Assembly: GCA_963833425.1 (NCBI GenBank)
Contig: CAWHXP010000003.1
Coordinates: 1-64,000, forward strand
From: an uncultured Methanosarcinaceae archaeon
Lineage (GTDB): Archaea; Halobacteriota; Methanosarcinia; Methanosarcinales; Methanosarcinaceae
Length of the DNA: 64,000 nucleotides
Direction of reading: 5' to 3'
Numbering within the stretch: the stretch's first letter is position 1; each line of letters starts with the position of its first letter. Position numbers and translations under genes: made by a program. The notes beneath the pieces were generated by a model. The model was not told the DNA's origin. It made no database searches and worked only from the letters and a program-made list of their open reading frames with translations. This document shows positions 62,201 to 64,000 of this stretch, piece by piece.

Positions 62201-62645
62201 CTTTAAACTCTTCTATGAAAATGCAGTTGTCACGATACATCTATTCTTGATTAGTTATCTCTATTCTTTGCTCCTGTCTCTGCTTCATCGTACTTATCGG
62301 AAAAAAGTAAAAAAAATGGCCTTCACCATATCGATAGTTTTATATGTAGCAAGTTAATTTAATTGCCTTTTAAAATTGTTTTTGTATTGGGTACATCATT
62401 CTCGAGTACTTTATAGATTTTTATGGATGTAACTAATTTATGTGAAGACTATAGATTGTTTAGAAGTTCTTCTATAGATTCTTTATTCAACTACGCGATC
62501 TTTCTGCTTGATAGCTGAGATTAACTTTAGTGATCAATGTCAAATTAAGCGTTAAGTCGTGAGCCACATAGTGATGATACTTATATTAGCCAAATGTAAA
62601 AAATCCAGCAAAATGAGTAAAAATTAAGTGAAGGCTGAAATAATA

Positions 62646-64000
62646 ATGCAAAATATTGGAACATATGTTAAGAAATTAAAGATTTCAATTATTGGAGAAC
62701 CACGTAACCCATTAGATTCGAATATATTTCATAAAATTTCTCTGATATCACTTTTTGCGTGGGTTGGTCTAGGATCTGACGCAATGTCTTCCTCATCTTA
62801 TGGCCCTCCGGAAGCATATCTGGCACTGGGAGGACATATTTATCTTGCCATATTTGTTGCGATGGGCATTATATTGACAATCTTTGTAATTAGTACGAGT
62901 TATTCGCAAATAGTTGAGTTATTTCCTACAGGCGGTGGTGGATATTTAGTTGCAAGCAAATTGCTATCGCCGTCTCTTGGAATGCTTTCTGGTTGTGCAC
63001 TCCTGATAGATTATGTACTTACAATTTCAATTTCAATAGCAAGCGGTGTAGAAGCCGTACTAAGCTTTCTACCAATAAGTTGGCAAATAACTAAATTGGG
63101 GTTCGCTTTTTTTGTGATCATGGTACTTATCGTATTGAATTTGAGAGGGATAAAGGAATCAGTTATAGTTTTAGTACCAATATTTGCATTATTTGCAATT
63201 ACCCATGTTATATTAATAATATATGCATTTTCTACCCATCTAACGAACGTACCAACAGTGATGAATAATACCGTCACTGATGTCCACGAAGTAACATCTG
63301 GAATAGGGGTTACAGGGTTGCTTTTTATTATTCTGCATTCATATAGCATGGGAGCTGGGACATATACTGGAATTGAGGCCGTAAGTAACGCAGTTCCAGT
63401 AATGAGAGAACCGAAAGTGAAGACGGCAAAGAGAACCATGCGTCTTATGGCGATTTCACTGGCATTCATGGCAGCAGGACTGATGTTTGCTTATGTACTT
63501 TATAATGTCGCCCATGAACCTGGTAAAACTTTGAATGCCACCTTATTTGAGAATGTGACCAAGTCTTGGGGAAGTCTGGGTAACTATTTTGTAATAGCAA
63601 CTCTCCTATCAGAAGCAGGACTATTGTTTGTAGCGGCACAGACTGGATTTATAGATGGTCCACGAGTCCTGGCAAATATGGCTCTAGATAGATGGGTTCC
63701 GACTAAGTTCGCAACGCTGAGTGATAGATTTGTGACTCAAAATGGCATATTGATAATGGGCATTTCAGCGTTAATTATGGTCTTCCTTACCCATGGATCA
63801 GTCGAAAGCTTGGTAGTCCTTTATAGCATTGCGGTTTTCATAACTTTTTTTCTATCTCAAGCAGGAATGGTTCGCCATTGGTGGGAATCTAAAACAGAAG
63901 TCAAAGACTGGAAGAAAAAATTTCTCGTCAATGGTATGGGATTATTAATGACTGTTTTGATATTAATATCAGTGATACTGGTTAAGTTCCACGAAGGTGG
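62646..64000 (+). CDS. APC-superfamily permease, KimA/YdaO-like (partial, runs off the window)
   Basis: Manual translation from ATG 62646: ...AWVGLGSDAMSSSSYGPPEAY...SYSQIVELFPTGGGGY...LLIDYVLT...LNLRGIKES...YTGIEAVSN...DGPRVLANMALD. Confidence 0.88.
   Translation, partial: MQNIGTYVKKLKISIIGEPRNPLDSNIFHKISLISLFAWVGLGSDAMSSSSYGPPEAYLALGGHIYLAIFVAMGIILTIFVISTSYSQIVELFPTGGGGYLVASKLLSPSLGMLSGCALLIDYVLTISISIASGVEAVLSFLPISWQITKLGFAFFVIMVLIVLNLRGIKESVIVLVPIFALFAITHVILIIYAFSTHLTNVPTVMNNTVTDVHEVTSGIGVTGLLFIILHSYSMGAGTYTGIEAVSNAVPVMREPKVKTAKRTMRLMAISLAFMAAGLMFAYVLYNVAHEPGKTLNATLFENVTKSWGSLGNYFVIATLLSEAGLLFVAAQTGFIDGPRVLANMALDRWVPTKFATLSDRFVTQNGILIMGISALIMVFLTHGSVESLVVLYSIAVFITFFLSQAGMVRHWWESKTEVKDWKKKFLVNGMGLLMTVLILISVILVKFHEG

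Noticed and set aside
62200..62645. c-di-AMP (ydaO) riboswitch upstream of the KimA-like permease
   Set aside because: The region is AT-rich and I could not recognise the conserved riboswitch motifs; an Rfam scan would settle it.
63011..63469. 152-aa minus-strand ORF and other antisense ORFs in the track (e.g. 49790..50218, 6122..6514, 53400..53780)
   Set aside because: They are shadows of well-supported genes on the opposite strand.

Overview
Archaeal chromosomal DNA from a Methanosarcina-like methanogen, inferred from gene content and protein style. Recognisable genes include ppsA (partial), glmM/pmm, cdc48, nadE, tiaS, a U32-family hydroxylase, surE, a RecJ-like DHH protein, tRNA-His, a radical SAM protein, a SatP/AceP acetate channel, an OFA/MCT-type MFS transporter, a gamma-carbonic anhydrase, gpmI, AMP phosphorylase, trm56, an orphan N-type ATPase atpD, purM, lysC, hisH and a KimA-like APC permease (partial). 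Only about 33-34 kb of the 64 kb is plausibly functional CDS by my tally. The rest is AT-rich DNA holding pseudogenes (HAD, ClC, PPK2, Kelch surface protein, tRNA-Leu) and remnants of IS1, IS5, IS6, IS110, IS200/605 and IS1634 elements. Frameshifts in conserved genes (cdc48, tiaS, trm56) look like sequencing or assembly indels. The best leads are: (i) a satP / MFS / carbonic anhydrase cluster whose genes share duplicated promoter-leader blocks; (ii) an N-ATPase operon cut off 8-9 codons into atpC at a recurrent IS-end-like motif; (iii) genome erosion; (iv) a decayed tRNA-Leu heading a small cassette flanked by direct repeats. I found no CRISPR array, prophage or defence system, and cannot claim a wholly new system. 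All family calls come from motif recognition, not database searches.
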